Shown here piece by piece: positions 42,390-53,083 of a stretch of DNA of 64,000 bases. The stretch's first letter is position 1; each line of letters starts with the position of its first letter. The stretch spans positions 3,200,001 through 3,264,000 of the forward strand of contig OZ250169.1 in assembly GCA_965237955.1 (NCBI GenBank), given 5' to 3'. This DNA comes from Candidatus Marinacidobacterales bacterium. Lineage in GTDB: Bacteria; Acidobacteriota; Vicinamibacteria; Marinacidobacterales; SMYC01. A program made the translations under genes and the position numbers. The notes below the pieces were generated by a model. That model ran no database searches. It was given only the letters and a program-made list of their open reading frames with translations, and was not told the origin of the DNA.

Positions 42390-44387
42390 TTACTGCTCGA
42401 CTCGCTCCCACGGAGTCCATTCTTTACCCAGGACGTACTTCTGCATCCAGCGTATCTCCTCGACGACGCGGATTCGCAACAGCCTCGGTTCGCGGATACC
42501 GTGCCCCTGTCTCGGGAACTTGATGAAGCGGGTCGGTACGCCCAGGTCCTGAAGGGCGTCGAAGTACACCATGCTCTGGTTCGTGCTGCTCGTCTGGTCT
42601 TTCTCTCCGTGCAGGAACAGGGTCGGTGTCTGGACGTTGTCGACGTAGTTGATGGCGGAACGCCGGCGCCACTCGTCCCGTTTGGTCCAGTGCTTGCCGC
42701 CGATGTACCAGTTGGCCACGTCCCAGTTGAACCCCGGCCCGCTTTCGCCAATCCAATTGCTGACGCCGGCACCTACCGAGGCGGCTTTGAAACGGTTTGT
42801 CTGAGTGATGACCCATCCTGCGGCGACACCGCCCCAGCTCCAGCCGGCTACACCCATTTTTGCCGGGTCTATATGGCCGGCTTCGATCACGTGGTCCACC
42901 CCCGTCATCGCATCGTCGTATTCACCGCCGCCAACGTCTCCCATCAACCCCCGCAGAATGTCGTCGCCGTAGCCACTCGAACCCCGAACATTCGGGCCGA
43001 GCACCGCATACCCCAATCCGGTGTAGATGATGAACTCGGGCTTGAAGGCGTTGGCCCAATAGCTACTGGGACCGCCATGGATTTCGAGGACGAGAGGTAA
43101 CCGAGATCCCTCACGATAGTTCCCGGGAAGCAAGAACACACCTTCTATCTGAGTGCCGTCCGTGCTTTCCCAGCGAATGACCCGACTCTTCGGCGTCAGG
43201 ATCTCTTCTTCCGTCCAGGGATTGGCATGTGTGAGCCGAACGCTCGTCCCGTTCGAATCAGAGCTATAGAGATCGGCAGGGGTATCGAATTCTTCGAATG
43301 TATAGGCGAACCGGGATCTGTCCTGTGAATACGCGAGCACCCGGTGCGTGCCGGTCCGTGTCGTCAGAGCCTCGAAGTTCCCGGACGCAATCTCGAGCTG
43401 GTAGAGGTTGGTGTTCGTGCCGTGCACTTCGTTGAAGAGGAGACTCTCTCCATCGGGTGTCCAGACGAGGTGGTCGATCTTTCCGGTGTTCTGTCCCTCC
43501 AGTTTCTCGAGCTCGCCGGTGTCGGGGTTCAGGATCCACAAGTAGCCGTTGCTCAGCCCCAGCTCTTTGTCATCGGAAGCGTGAAATACGAAACGCCTCC
43601 CATCCGGAGCCCAGACAGGATCGCTCTCGAGAGCTCGGTTACGGGTCAGGTGTTTCATATCGTTCCCGTCCGTCCGGACGAGATACAGCTCCGACAAGAA
43701 AGGGAAATTCCCGCGGTTGTCGCGTCGAGCCGTAAAGACGACGCGAGAGCCGTCGCTCGACACATCGAATCCACCGATGAGAAAGTCCTCTTCGGTAATA
43801 CGAGCCACCTTCTTGGACGTGATATCGAGGTGCCAGAGATGCGTCCATCGGCCATGGTTCTTGCCATCGGCTCCTTCATTGACGAATATCGGATCGGCTC
43901 CGAGCGCGAACTCGTTCGCCTCTTCCTCGGTCATCGCCTCTTTGGCGATGAACACGATGCTCTGCCCATCACCGGACCATTTGTAATCGGTGATTTCTCC
44001 GCGGTGCTCCGTCAACGGCCGTGCCTCGCCACCGTCCAGGGGCATGACGAATATCTGTGGTTTTTCCTCGACCTTTCGCAACATGGATAGGTATTCCCCA
44101 TCGGGCGAGATGAGAAAATTCTCCCCGCCGTCCTTGCGAACGAAGGGAATCGGTGATCCGCCTTCGGAGGGAATCATGAAGAAACTCTTTTCGTATTTGT
44201 TCGTCTCCCAGTTCAGATGGCGCTCGGAATAGAAGACCCGGGAACCATCGGGCGTCATGGCGACGTCGCCGATCCTCACGAGCTTGAGGAGATCGTCGAC
44301 TGTCATGGCTCTCTTGTCCTGTGCGAAGCTGGGTACGGAGGCGCAGCAAAAGAGAGTGAACGACAACATGGCCGTACGCACGCGCAT
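42390..44387 (-). CDS. S9-family (prolyl oligopeptidase/acylaminoacyl) peptidase, secreted
   Basis: Signal peptide MRVRTAML...AQ, PD40 propeller repeats, IHGGP, GWSWGG nucleophile, HGEKD, GHG. Confidence 0.9.
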   Translation of the reverse strand: MRVRTAMLSFTLFCCASVPSFAQDKRAMTVDDLLKLVRIGDVAMTPDGSRVFYSERHLNWETNKYEKSFFMIPSEGGSPIPFVRKDGGENFLISPDGEYLSMLRKVEEKPQIFVMPLDGGEARPLTEHRGEITDYKWSGDGQSIVFIAKEAMTEEEANEFALGADPIFVNEGADGKNHGRWTHLWHLDITSKKVARITEEDFLIGGFDVSSDGSRVVFTARRDNRGNFPFLSELYLVRTDGNDMKHLTRNRALESDPVWAPDGRRFVFHASDDKELGLSNGYLWILNPDTGELEKLEGQNTGKIDHLVWTPDGESLLFNEVHGTNTNLYQLEIASGNFEALTTRTGTHRVLAYSQDRSRFAYTFEEFDTPADLYSSDSNGTSVRLTHANPWTEEEILTPKSRVIRWESTDGTQIEGVFLLPGNYREGSRLPLVLEIHGGPSSYWANAFKPEFIIYTGLGYAVLGPNVRGSSGYGDDILRGLMGDVGGGEYDDAMTGVDHVIEAGHIDPAKMGVAGWSWGGVAAGWVITQTNRFKAASVGAGVSNWIGESGPGFNWDVANWYIGGKHWTKRDEWRRRSAINYVDNVQTPTLFLHGEKDQTSSTNQSMVYFDALQDLGVPTRFIKFPRQGHGIREPRLLRIRVVEEIRWMQKYVLGKEWTPWERVEQ

Positions 44388-44659
44388 CGTCGTGGATCCG
44401 GCTACTGCTCGGTGCGGTTGAGGAGCGCGTAGACGCGCTGCACGGCGTGTGTGAGCGTCATGCGCCTCCTCAGGGTGATCGTTGGCGGCTTCGGGACTAC
44501 CGCATTCGTCGCGTCTCGATAATTCTTCAGGATCGAGACCTGCTTCCGCAGGTCCGCTTCGGCGTCCGGATCGGTCGCGTCGATGGTCGTCTGGAGCTTG
44601 CTCTCTGTCTCCTGCAGAGGATGCGAATGTACTTCTCGTTCGAGCTGAACAACAAGTAG

Positions 44660-44940
44660 ACTCCTTCGGGTCAAGTTGTCGGAGAATGTCTGGATGGAGG
44701 CGACCATGCCGATGCGAACGTTGCTGTCTGTCATCGACGGCAGCGGCCACGAGCTCGTGGACGGTTTCGTAGCCGGCTCGGGAGAGCTCGGTGAGAAGCT
44801 CGCGGCGGAAGAGGAAGTCGGGGCGCAGCATTTTGAGAATGGAAAAACTCCAAACGGCATGGCCGACGTCTTCCAGAAGCTCCTCTTGTAGAAAAGCTGC
44901 GAAGGCCGCGGCTCTCTTGGCGTCGCATGCAAGAGTCATC
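44660..44940 (-). pseudogene. IS91-like transposase internal fragment
   Basis: CDAKRAAAFAAFLQEELLEDVGHAVWSFSILKMLRP...GMVASIQTF. Confidence 0.75.
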
Positions 44941-45374
44941 GGCCTATCCTGTCTCAGGCGGGCAGCAAACCGCAACGGGTAATTAATAATGATGTACTGG
45001 AACAAGATACAGGCAGCATTCCTGCTCCTCATCGCGTCAGTGACGATCGCGAGTAGCTGGCATTCAACCGGTCAGGAGGCCCAGAGCGCTCGAGCCCGGC
45101 TCGCCCGGATGGAGGAGGCGCTGGGTGGAACGGCGGCTCTTTCCGACCTGACGAGTCTCTCGGTGGCGGCATCGGGTAGCGGACCGGGAGGCGCGTTCGA
45201 AACGGAGATCGACTCCTTTCGCTACGACTATCGGGACATCCAGCTCAATGCAGTCTTGGCTCTCGATTTCGTGGAGCCGCCGGTTCTCCGGCAACGCTAA
45301 GACCAGCGGGCGCTTCTGGGCGTCCTGGAACGAGCTTCGTGCGAGCGACGTTCGTTGTTGTCTTCCGTTGTCGA

Positions 45375-45972
45375 TCACCTCGAGTCGCCCAAACCAGCCG
45401 AACCTCGCCGTTCGGCAGCCCTGGATTTCGCTGTCGACATCCAAGGTGCATAGGCGCTGGCGGCGCCCATGATGAGAAAATAGACGGCACCGCCACCGAC
45501 GAAGGCGTGAGCGCGATCAGCGATTTCTCGCCACTCGATTTCCGCCAGCCGGACGGCCTCGTCTGTGACACCAAAGTGGGGCCAAGGCAAGATGTAGATG
45601 GCGAACAGCATCGGCACGTAGACGTGAGCCCGAGGACAACGGTTAGTCCTGAGTCACCGTCGGCGTGCGACGGAACTAGAGCGCCAGCCAGCCGCCCGAA
45701 TATCACCAGTCCATAGGTCCTGAACACCGGACTCGACAAATCGCTTTCCGAGAATGCGAACGCGAGGACGGCGTAGACCGCGGCGAGCCCGAGCAGTGCT
45801 CCTAGCCGGTAGATCGGATTTCTCAGCTTGACGGCGGTCAGGCCCATGAACACGCCGGAATGGATCAGCACAAACTCGAGCCCTACCAAGTAGCCTGCAA
45901 TGTGCAACCAGTCTAGGCCTTGGCCGCTATACGGGCTGAACCAAGCAGCAAAAAGGTTCCACGCAACGAGCA
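45375..45972 (-). pseudogene. Hypothetical membrane protein, 5' end removed by an IS
   Basis: Several TM segments (LVGLEFVLIHSGVFMG) across two frames; begins at the IS boundary. Confidence 0.5.
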
Positions 45973-46440
45973 GTGCTGCTCGTACAATCATTGTGGAGGA
46001 TCGAGAGCGAAAGTTCGACAGGGTCCTTTGCACGCAGCCATGATCGGCCAGCTGGCGATGAGAATAGCACCCTGCCATTTTTGGGCATGACGAGAACCCA
46101 CCGAGTTCGGCGGAGCTACGACCATCGGCTGCGTGACGCCATCGCCGCGACGGGCAATTCGGACCTCTTCCGGGACGTCGCCATCCCTTGCTTCGACGCG
46201 ACGCACATGGGCGCGCGGCGAGGTACGGCCCGTGGTTGCTTCGGTGGACGTTGAGCTGGAAGTCTACGAGCTGTTGGAGCAGGTCGACAAACTAAGACAG
46301 CGAGCCAAGATGCAGGCGGCGATCATCGGGTTACTCGTGCGTGTGTTGAGGCTGCGCGGAGGCAAACTCGACGCCGATCGCGTTCCCGATGGTGAGACCA
46401 AATCGGCGGTGCTCCGGGCGATCGCGTCGGCGAGTGGTCT
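45973..46440 (+). mobile_element. DDE element copy 3 (diverged left part)
   Basis: Same MTRTHRVRRSYDHRLRDAI start with several substitutions; cut at 46441. Confidence 0.85.
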
Positions 46441-46760
46441 CCCGTAGTGTGCCAAAACTCGATCAACGCCGGATGCTGAGTGTTGGCAGGTCGTTGAAGT
46501 GTCCAGGAGCAAGCCCGCCGGACTCAATGGGCGGCTAGAATCCGAGCCCATGCAACCGTACCCCTGGCAGTTCTTCGTCATGGCCTTCGCGGGATGGGTC
46601 AACCGGTTCCAACAGGACGCGATCGAATACCTGAAAGAAGAGAATCGCGTTGTTCGGGAACAACTGCGTGGACGCCGACTACGTTTTACCGATGCGCAGC
46701 GGCGGCGGCTCGCGGCGAAGGCGAGGACGTTGGGTAGGGATGGCCTGAAGGAAATCACGG
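46441..46760 (+). mobile_element. Truncated integrase-core element (same family as 1333-1732)
   Basis: End motif CCCGTAGTGTGCCAAAACTCG; [21 protein letters not shown]...RRRLAAKA. Confidence 0.8.
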
Positions 46761-46784
46761 CTCACACGCGGCGCCTTCGGAGGG

Positions 46785-47045
46785 ATAGGAAATTCCATAG
46801 CCCTTAGCGTCTTGGAAATGGAGAAGACCCATTGGGCGTGGGCGACGTCGGCGAGAATCTGGTGTTGTAGCATCTCGGAGAAAATCGCCGCTCGCTTTGC
46901 GCCACACGAGGGGCATAGTCCTCGGCCTTTGCAGGAACACCTACACCTAGTGCACTTGACGCGAGCGAAGCCTGATTCGAAGAGGCCATCGAAATTTCTG
47001 GTGACGACGGCATCGCAGAGTCCTCGCCAGAAACCGTACCCGTAG
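46785..47045 (-). mobile_element. Internally deleted IS91-like element (Zn-binding domain joined to the oriIS end)
   Basis: YGFWRG...GFARVKC..C..SCKGRGLCPSCGAKRAA...HAQWVFSI.K.LR runs directly into GGAATTTCCTATCC. Confidence 0.75.
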
Positions 47046-47101
47046 CCTTAGTTGATATCCGAGGCTGGCTTGGGAACAATGCTCTCCAGGCGTCCGCCCA
47101 T

Positions 47102-47641
47102 ATGTATGAGGACCCGACTTTGACCAAAGCGCGAAGGACCATCACTGCCGGCTCTCTGCTCTTGATCCTTGCAATCGCGATCGCCTGCGGCGATGACGAA
47201 GCTTCCGTCGCCATCCCGACCCCCTTACCGAACGCCAGCAACAAGATCAGTTTTCAGACCTTCCTCAGCGGCCACAACAGTGGTCTGGTTGGCAACGAAC
47301 CGGCCGTCTTCAAGATCGAGACCCAGGCTCAGTGGGCCGAACTCTGGAGCACCCATCGGAGCGCTGTCTCCCCGAAAACAGCTCCGCCGGCCTTCTCCTT
47401 TGAGGACCAGATCCTCGTCGCTGTCTTCGATCGTCAGCACTCCGCTGGTGGCGTCGACATCAAGGTCCAGGTCATCACGCGCTCCGAAAGCAGCATCGTT
47501 GTCGAGGTGGTCCGGACCGTCCCCGGTCCAGGCTGCGTCGTCCTTCAGGCGTTCACCGTGCCGTTCGATATCGTCTCTATCGACGACAGCGCTGGCGAAG
47601 TACAACTCGTCTTCACGGACAGCGTTACCGACTGTTCGTAG
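47102..47641 (+). CDS. PrcB C-terminal-domain lipoprotein
   Basis: Lipobox IACG; W.ELW...PP..F....LVAVF......GG..I.V...PGPGC...QAFT.PF pattern. Confidence 0.7.
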   Translation: MYEDPTLTKARRTITAGSLLLILAIAIACGDDEASVAIPTPLPNASNKISFQTFLSGHNSGLVGNEPAVFKIETQAQWAELWSTHRSAVSPKTAPPAFSFEDQILVAVFDRQHSAGGVDIKVQVITRSESSIVVEVVRTVPGPGCVVLQAFTVPFDIVSIDDSAGEVQLVFTDSVTDCS

Positions 47642-47823
47642 GGTTCGCAAAACTCAGATGGCCTTGCTACAGGCGCCGTCGTTGACTGCGGGCCGCTCCA
47701 GACTTCGTCCACGAGCCCTTGCTTGGAGACGACTTCTCTCTCTCTCGCGAGAAGACATCGCAGCACGTTGGGTCCAAAAACAAGGATAGTCAATTTCAAG
47801 CCGCTCCGGCGGCCCCGCGCCGC

Positions 47824-48311
47824 TCGATTCTACGGCGCTTACGCCAATCGCGTTCGTTCAGAAAAGATCGCTAGCAGTGACTCCGTGAAACAGGAGGAGA
47901 AAAAAGAGGACGATGTTCTCCCGCGAAGACGTGCTCTGAGTAAGCGATGGGCCGAGCTCATCTACCGTATCTACGAGGTCGACCCTTTGACCTGTCGTCG
48001 ATGCGGAGAACAGATGAAAATCATCGCCTTCATTTCCGAGCCTTCTGTCATCCGACGCATCTTGGATCATCTCGAGCGCAAAGCTCGACCGAGAGCTCCT
48101 CCCGAGCCCTCCGAGATCGCCGTCCACTAATCGCCCTACTCGAATGGACACTCCTCGTGTGTCTCGAACCCACGAAACACACTTGACCAACTTCGCACCG
48201 CCGGCGGCGGAGCGTGATTTCCCGTGGAGATGCTCACCGAAGGGTCTAATATCTATATCGTAGGAGAAACTCCCGCCCAGCTCGCAACCCGACGAGATAC
48301 AAATGCCTATC
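47824..48311 (+). mobile_element. Second copy of the IS91-like 3' end
   Basis: Near-identical to 30790-31277 (constant offset 17034). Ends AAATGCCTATC. Confidence 0.9.
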
Positions 48312-48320
48312 AGTTATCAG

Positions 48321-49435
48321 TCATGCGACGGTGGGCCCATCCGAGGTGTATGGCATCGATTCGATTAGACTGTTTCCGAGGCCTTGGTGATTTCTCTCAC
48401 GCAGATAATGGAGACGATATTCGCGGAGAGCGCGTTCCAGCGCATTCCGGCCAAACAAGATCATGCGGTCGAGGCACTCCTCTTTGATCGACCGCACGAA
48501 TCGCTCCGCGTGAGGATTGCAGTTCAGAGATTTTGGAGGAATCAGGACGACGCCGACGTCGTTTTCTTGCAGGATTTCTAGGAACTCCGTTGTGTATTTC
48601 GAATCTCGGTCGATGATGAGGTGCGAGTAGCCTTGGAGAAAGCTATCGTCGAATGCGGTGATATCGAGCCCCACTTGCTTCATGAAGAATCGATTCGGGT
48701 TGGGTGTCGGCGACGAGATATGAACGCGACGAGTCCTCAGTTGAATAACGAAGAAGACGTAGAAGGTGACCAGGCCCATGGGAGTCCAGATTTCGGCGGT
48801 GAAGAAGTTGGCACCGGCTAGCGTGTCCCAGTGGGTACTCAAGAACTGGCTCCACGTCGTTTTCCCGCGTCGCACAGGCGCGGGTTCGATGCGGTGGTCT
48901 TTCAGGATGCGCTTCACCGTATTCGGGGCGATCGTGTGCCCGAGGTTGGCCAAAGCTCCTTGGATCCGGTCATAACCCCAGCGCGGATTTGCCGTCGCCA
49001 TGCGAAACGACCAGCGCTTCGATTTTCGGCGAGACCGGCGGACGTCCCGTTTGACGGCGAGGGTACGTCCATTTCCGCGCGATGAGCTGCCGGTGCCATC
49101 GAAGGATCGTGTCCGGAGTGACCAGAGTCGCCACTTCCTCGAGCAGTTTCCGGCCAAGCTCCTTGCCCTTCGCCGCGAGCCGGCGGCGTTGGTCATCGCT
49201 GAAGCGGAGCCGCGCACCGAGCTGTTCTTTCAGAACGCGGTTTTCCTCTTGGAGGAATTCAAGGATTTTCTGCTGCTCTTGGTTCAGCCAGCCCGCCAAG
49301 AGGAGACCAGGAAGAGTTGAGGGGAGACGAATGTGCTCATTGCAAGCATCGTAGCGGAAGCCACTTACGGCTGCAGCGGGTGGCCGGCCGAGTTTTTGCA
49401 CCAAACGGGCAGCGACAAATCGTGTAACATAGCCG
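48321..49435 (-). mobile_element. Integrase-core transposase element, frameshifted
   Basis: [67 protein letters not shown] across three frames. Confidence 0.85.
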
Positions 49436-49527
49436 ACCATTGGGATGCTGGGGGCCGTACGAACCTTGCGGTGCGGCAGCCAGCCAACATGTCAAATTGA
49501 CTGCGCGACCCAGCGGGGCGCGCGGAA

Positions 49528-51132
49528 ATGACCATGAGCACGTCTCCTTCGGCACCCTCGAATGAAGGCCCGGCCCTCCCCTCCCTGGGCTCCGGTATAA
49601 ACGCTCTCCTAGTTTGGCCCGCCTTTCCGGCGTCCTTCTGGAGCTCCGAGGGCGCTGTGATGATCTCCGGGCACAAAGCGTTACTGCCTCCGCTGGGACT
49701 CATCACCGTAGCTGCCTTGTGTCCCGACAGTTGGACCGTCAAGGTGGTCGATGAATCTGTGGGAGAACTTCGCGACGCGGATATCCAGTGGGCTAACGTC
49801 GTCTTCGTGAGTGCCATGCACGTTCAGAGACACGGCGCACACAACGTTTTGCAGCGGGCCCGAAGCCTCGGCATTCGCACCATCATCGGTGGCCCCTACG
49901 CGAGCAGCCAACCCGACGTCCTGCTCGATCTCGCCGACCATGTGGTTGTCGGGGAGCCGGATGAGGTTTTCCATCAAATCGCCGAGGAACTCGAAAGCGG
50001 CCAGGCCGCGAAACTATATGAGATCGAGAACAAGCCGGACATCACGAACACACCGATCCCGCGTTTCGATCTTCTGGAGTTGGAAAAGTACTCTGACATG
50101 GCGATCCAGTTCTCCCGCGGCTGTCCGTTCGAGTGCGAGTTTTGCGACATCATCACCATTTACGGGCGAAAACCCCGCACCAAGCGTCCGGACCAAGTCA
50201 TCGCTGAGCTTGAGGCACTGCTACGACTTGGATGGCGAAGGGAAGTCTTCATCGTCGACGATAATTTCATCGGCAATCGCAAACGTGCGCTCGATCTAGC
50301 GCTCCAGCTTGCCACTTGGCAAAAGTCAAACGATTATCCGTTCGCTTTCTACACCGAAGCTTCAGTCGATCTGGCCCAGTGCTCCGAGCTCATCGATGCC
50401 ATGGTCCAAGCCAATTTCTTGTTTGTTTTCATCGGAATCGAAAGCCCTAGCGAAGCCTCCTTACGTGAAACAAAGAAATTTCAGAATCTGCGCCAAGATC
50501 TCCTGAAATCAGTGCGCCTCATCCACGCGCAAGGACTCTGGGTGACGGGCGGGTTCATTGTCGGATTCGATTCGGATGATAAGGACATCTTTGAAAGACA
50601 GCGGGAATTCATCGAAAGCGCCGCGATTCCGTGGGCGATGCTCGGATTTCTAATAGCCCCTCCGACTACGCCCTTATTCGACCGCATGAACCACGAGGGT
50701 CGGTTAATCGCCGACAGTATCTCCAGCAATTTTAGCCCGCCTAACTTTCGCACTAAGATGCCCCTTCTCGATCTACTAGGCGGTTTCAGGGACACCCTCG
50801 CGAGCCTCTACCGTCCGGATGCGTTCTTCGATCGTGCTCTTCGATCTCTGCGGCAGTGGGAGCCGAGGCAGCCGCAGAGCCCCCCCCACACGCCAGTAGC
50901 AAGAATGGCTGGCATCGTGGCGCGGTCGATCTGGTACCAGGGCATCCGGTCTCGCTATGCTCGCTCATACTGGAAATTCCTCTTCCAGTTCGTCTATCGC
51001 TGGGCTCGGAACCCCCCGAAGCTATGGCTCGCGTTCTTGGTGCTGATTTCATCTCATCACTTCTTACCTTACGCAATGGACGTGGTGTCGGAAGTAGACG
51101 ATGAGATACGCCGCGCCCAGGGGACTCTGTAG
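49528..51132 (+). CDS. B12-binding radical SAM protein (DUF4070 type)
   Basis: PPLGLITVAA, GGPY, SRGCPFECEFC (CX3CX2C), VDDNFIGN, GIES, GFIVGFD. Confidence 0.92.
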   Translation: MTMSTSPSAPSNEGPALPSLGSGINALLVWPAFPASFWSSEGAVMISGHKALLPPLGLITVAALCPDSWTVKVVDESVGELRDADIQWANVVFVSAMHVQRHGAHNVLQRARSLGIRTIIGGPYASSQPDVLLDLADHVVVGEPDEVFHQIAEELESGQAAKLYEIENKPDITNTPIPRFDLLELEKYSDMAIQFSRGCPFECEFCDIITIYGRKPRTKRPDQVIAELEALLRLGWRREVFIVDDNFIGNRKRALDLALQLATWQKSNDYPFAFYTEASVDLAQCSELIDAMVQANFLFVFIGIESPSEASLRETKKFQNLRQDLLKSVRLIHAQGLWVTGGFIVGFDSDDKDIFERQREFIESAAIPWAMLGFLIAPPTTPLFDRMNHEGRLIADSISSNFSPPNFRTKMPLLDLLGGFRDTLASLYRPDAFFDRALRSLRQWEPRQPQSPPHTPVARMAGIVARSIWYQGIRSRYARSYWKFLFQFVYRWARNPPKLWLAFLVLISSHHFLPYAMDVVSEVDDEIRRAQGTL

Positions 51133-51311
51133 TGCACTCAACCGAAACCGCCACAAGACCTGGCCCACCACCATCCACGCCCAGCGCGTCAGCGGCCCGT
51201 ATGGCAAACATCAGGAAAGGCGCACGTGATGACGACCCCCTTGCCTCTATCAATATCGATAGGAACTTTAACCAACCGCACGATGAGTGCTAGGTCGAAG
51301 TCTAATGACCC

Positions 51312-52800
51312 GTGCTGCTCACACAGACATCATGCAGATTTCCGAGCAGGTTTTCGACGAGCCCCTGGCCTGGCGACACTCCGGACAGCAGGGCCAGCGC
51401 GAGACGGTTCGCAGCGATGGCAACTCGCTGCTCGATTTGCCGCGCTCCTGACCCGCTGCGCTGTCTTGCGTTGCTCGGAGAGCCGCTCTCGCAGATTCTC
51501 CTCCCGGCTGAAGTACACCTCGTCCGGCGTGCGAGCTCCGAGAACGGCGCGCGGGATCTTCTCGTTGTGCTCACGGACGTAGAACGCGACGCGACGCCGC
51601 ACCGCCGCCGCACTGTCGAGGGTGTTCAGGAAGAGCCACGCGTGCTTCAATTGTCGCCAGAACGCCTCGATCAAGGAGTTCGAGGAGATGATGTCGATCT
51701 GCGCGAGCACACGATGCAGAGAACTTGAATCCCGGAGCAGCTGGTCGACCTCGCCAAAGTTCTCCGAACCGCCGTTCGGTGACGACAACTACGTTCGCGG
51801 TCGCTGAGTCGTCCGGAAGGCTCTTTGACACCTCGATGAGGAACTCCCGGGTGGTGGCCGAGCTCAGCTTCTCGCTCACCCGCCAAGCAAGAATCCTTCG
51901 GCTGAAATTATCGATGACCGCCTGCAGTTAGATTCGGATGCCGGTCGTCAGCCGGATCACGGTCGCGTCGATTTGCCAGTACTCGTTGGGGCGCGTCGCC
52001 CTGAGGCCTGTCTTGGGCTTCGCCGGATGCACCCGCCTTCGAGGACGTTTCCACCCGCGCCTGCGGATCATCTTGTACCATGTGCTTGCCGAGGCGAAGA
52101 GCTTGCCAAGCCGCTGCGCGTAAAGCGCTAAGTTCTGGACGGCGATGTGGCGATAGCTCTTGGACTCAACGAAATCTCTCATCGTGGAGACTTCGTCGCG
52201 CGTGAGCTGGCTGGGAGTGGACTTCGGACAGCTCGGTTGATCGTCGAGTCCGCAGCCGTCTTCCTTGCGCCTCCACGCGTGATAACGCGCCGTCGAGACG
52301 CCCACGATTCTGAGCACGGTGCTTAACGACAGGAGACCAGTCGCCGACGCGATCGCCCGGAGCACCGCCGATTTGGTCTCACCATCGGGAAGGCGATCCC
52401 CGTCGAGTTTTCCCCGGCGGAACCTCAACACACGCACGAGTAACCCGATGATCGCCGCCTGCACCTTGGCTCGCTGTCTTAGATTGTCGACCTGCTCCAA
52501 CAGCTCGTAGACTTCCAGCTCAACGTCCACCGAAGCGACCACGGGCCGTACCTCGCCGCGCGCCCATGTGCGTCGCGTCGACGCGGGGATGGCGACATCC
52601 CGGAAGAGGTCCGCATTGCCCGTCGCGGCGATGGCGTCACGCAGCCGATGGTCGTAGCTCCGCCGAACTCGGTGGGTTCTCATCATGCCCAAGAATGGCA
52701 GGGTGCTACTCTCATCGCCAGCTGGCCGATCATGGCTGCGTGCAAAGGAGCCTGTCGAACTTTCGCTCTCCGTCGTCCACAATGATCGTGCGAAGAGCAC
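51312..52800 (-). mobile_element. 1489-bp DDE element, copy 4 (nonsense codon at 51928, frameshift ~51776)
   Basis: Same length and IRs as copy 1, but different inactivating lesions. Confidence 0.9.
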
Positions 52801-52803
52801 CGC

Positions 52804-53051
52804 TGTAGTTGCTTGCCCTACACAGCTGCGCGCGGCAACAGGCCGCAATGCCCGTGCATACATGAAATTAGAACGGTAGACACCACCGTCCCCAGCCAGC
52901 TGAGCCGGTGCGGTCACGAACCGTATCCGCCCTGGTTACACTCCGTCGCCCGAACCGCGAAACGAATGCGACGTCATCACCCGACCCACCAACGACTTAG
53001 CCAGCCCTCGGCAATCGTGTTCTTGCGACCTCGCGCGGCAGCGTTCTTGCA
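52804..53051 (+). promoter_or_regulatory. Putative enhancer sites plus sigma-54 promoter of the PLD operon
   Basis: TGTAG-N9-CTACA at 52804-52822, degenerate CGTAT-N9-TTACA at 52922-52940, and CGGCAGCGTTCTTGCA (GG-N10-GC) at 53036-53051, 32 bp before the ATG. Confidence 0.7.
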
Positions 53052-53083
53052 AGGTCGTCATCAGACCAAGACGGGAGAGGCCC

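Noticed and set aside
42390-45032. 880-aa IS91-transposase/peptidase fusion protein
   Set aside because: The first 215 codons run through unrelated fragments, partly out of frame. The peptidase has its own signal peptide at 44387.
49440-49527. Cobalamin or other riboswitch upstream of the radical SAM gene
   Set aside because: The region is short, IS-truncated and has no recognisable conserved box.
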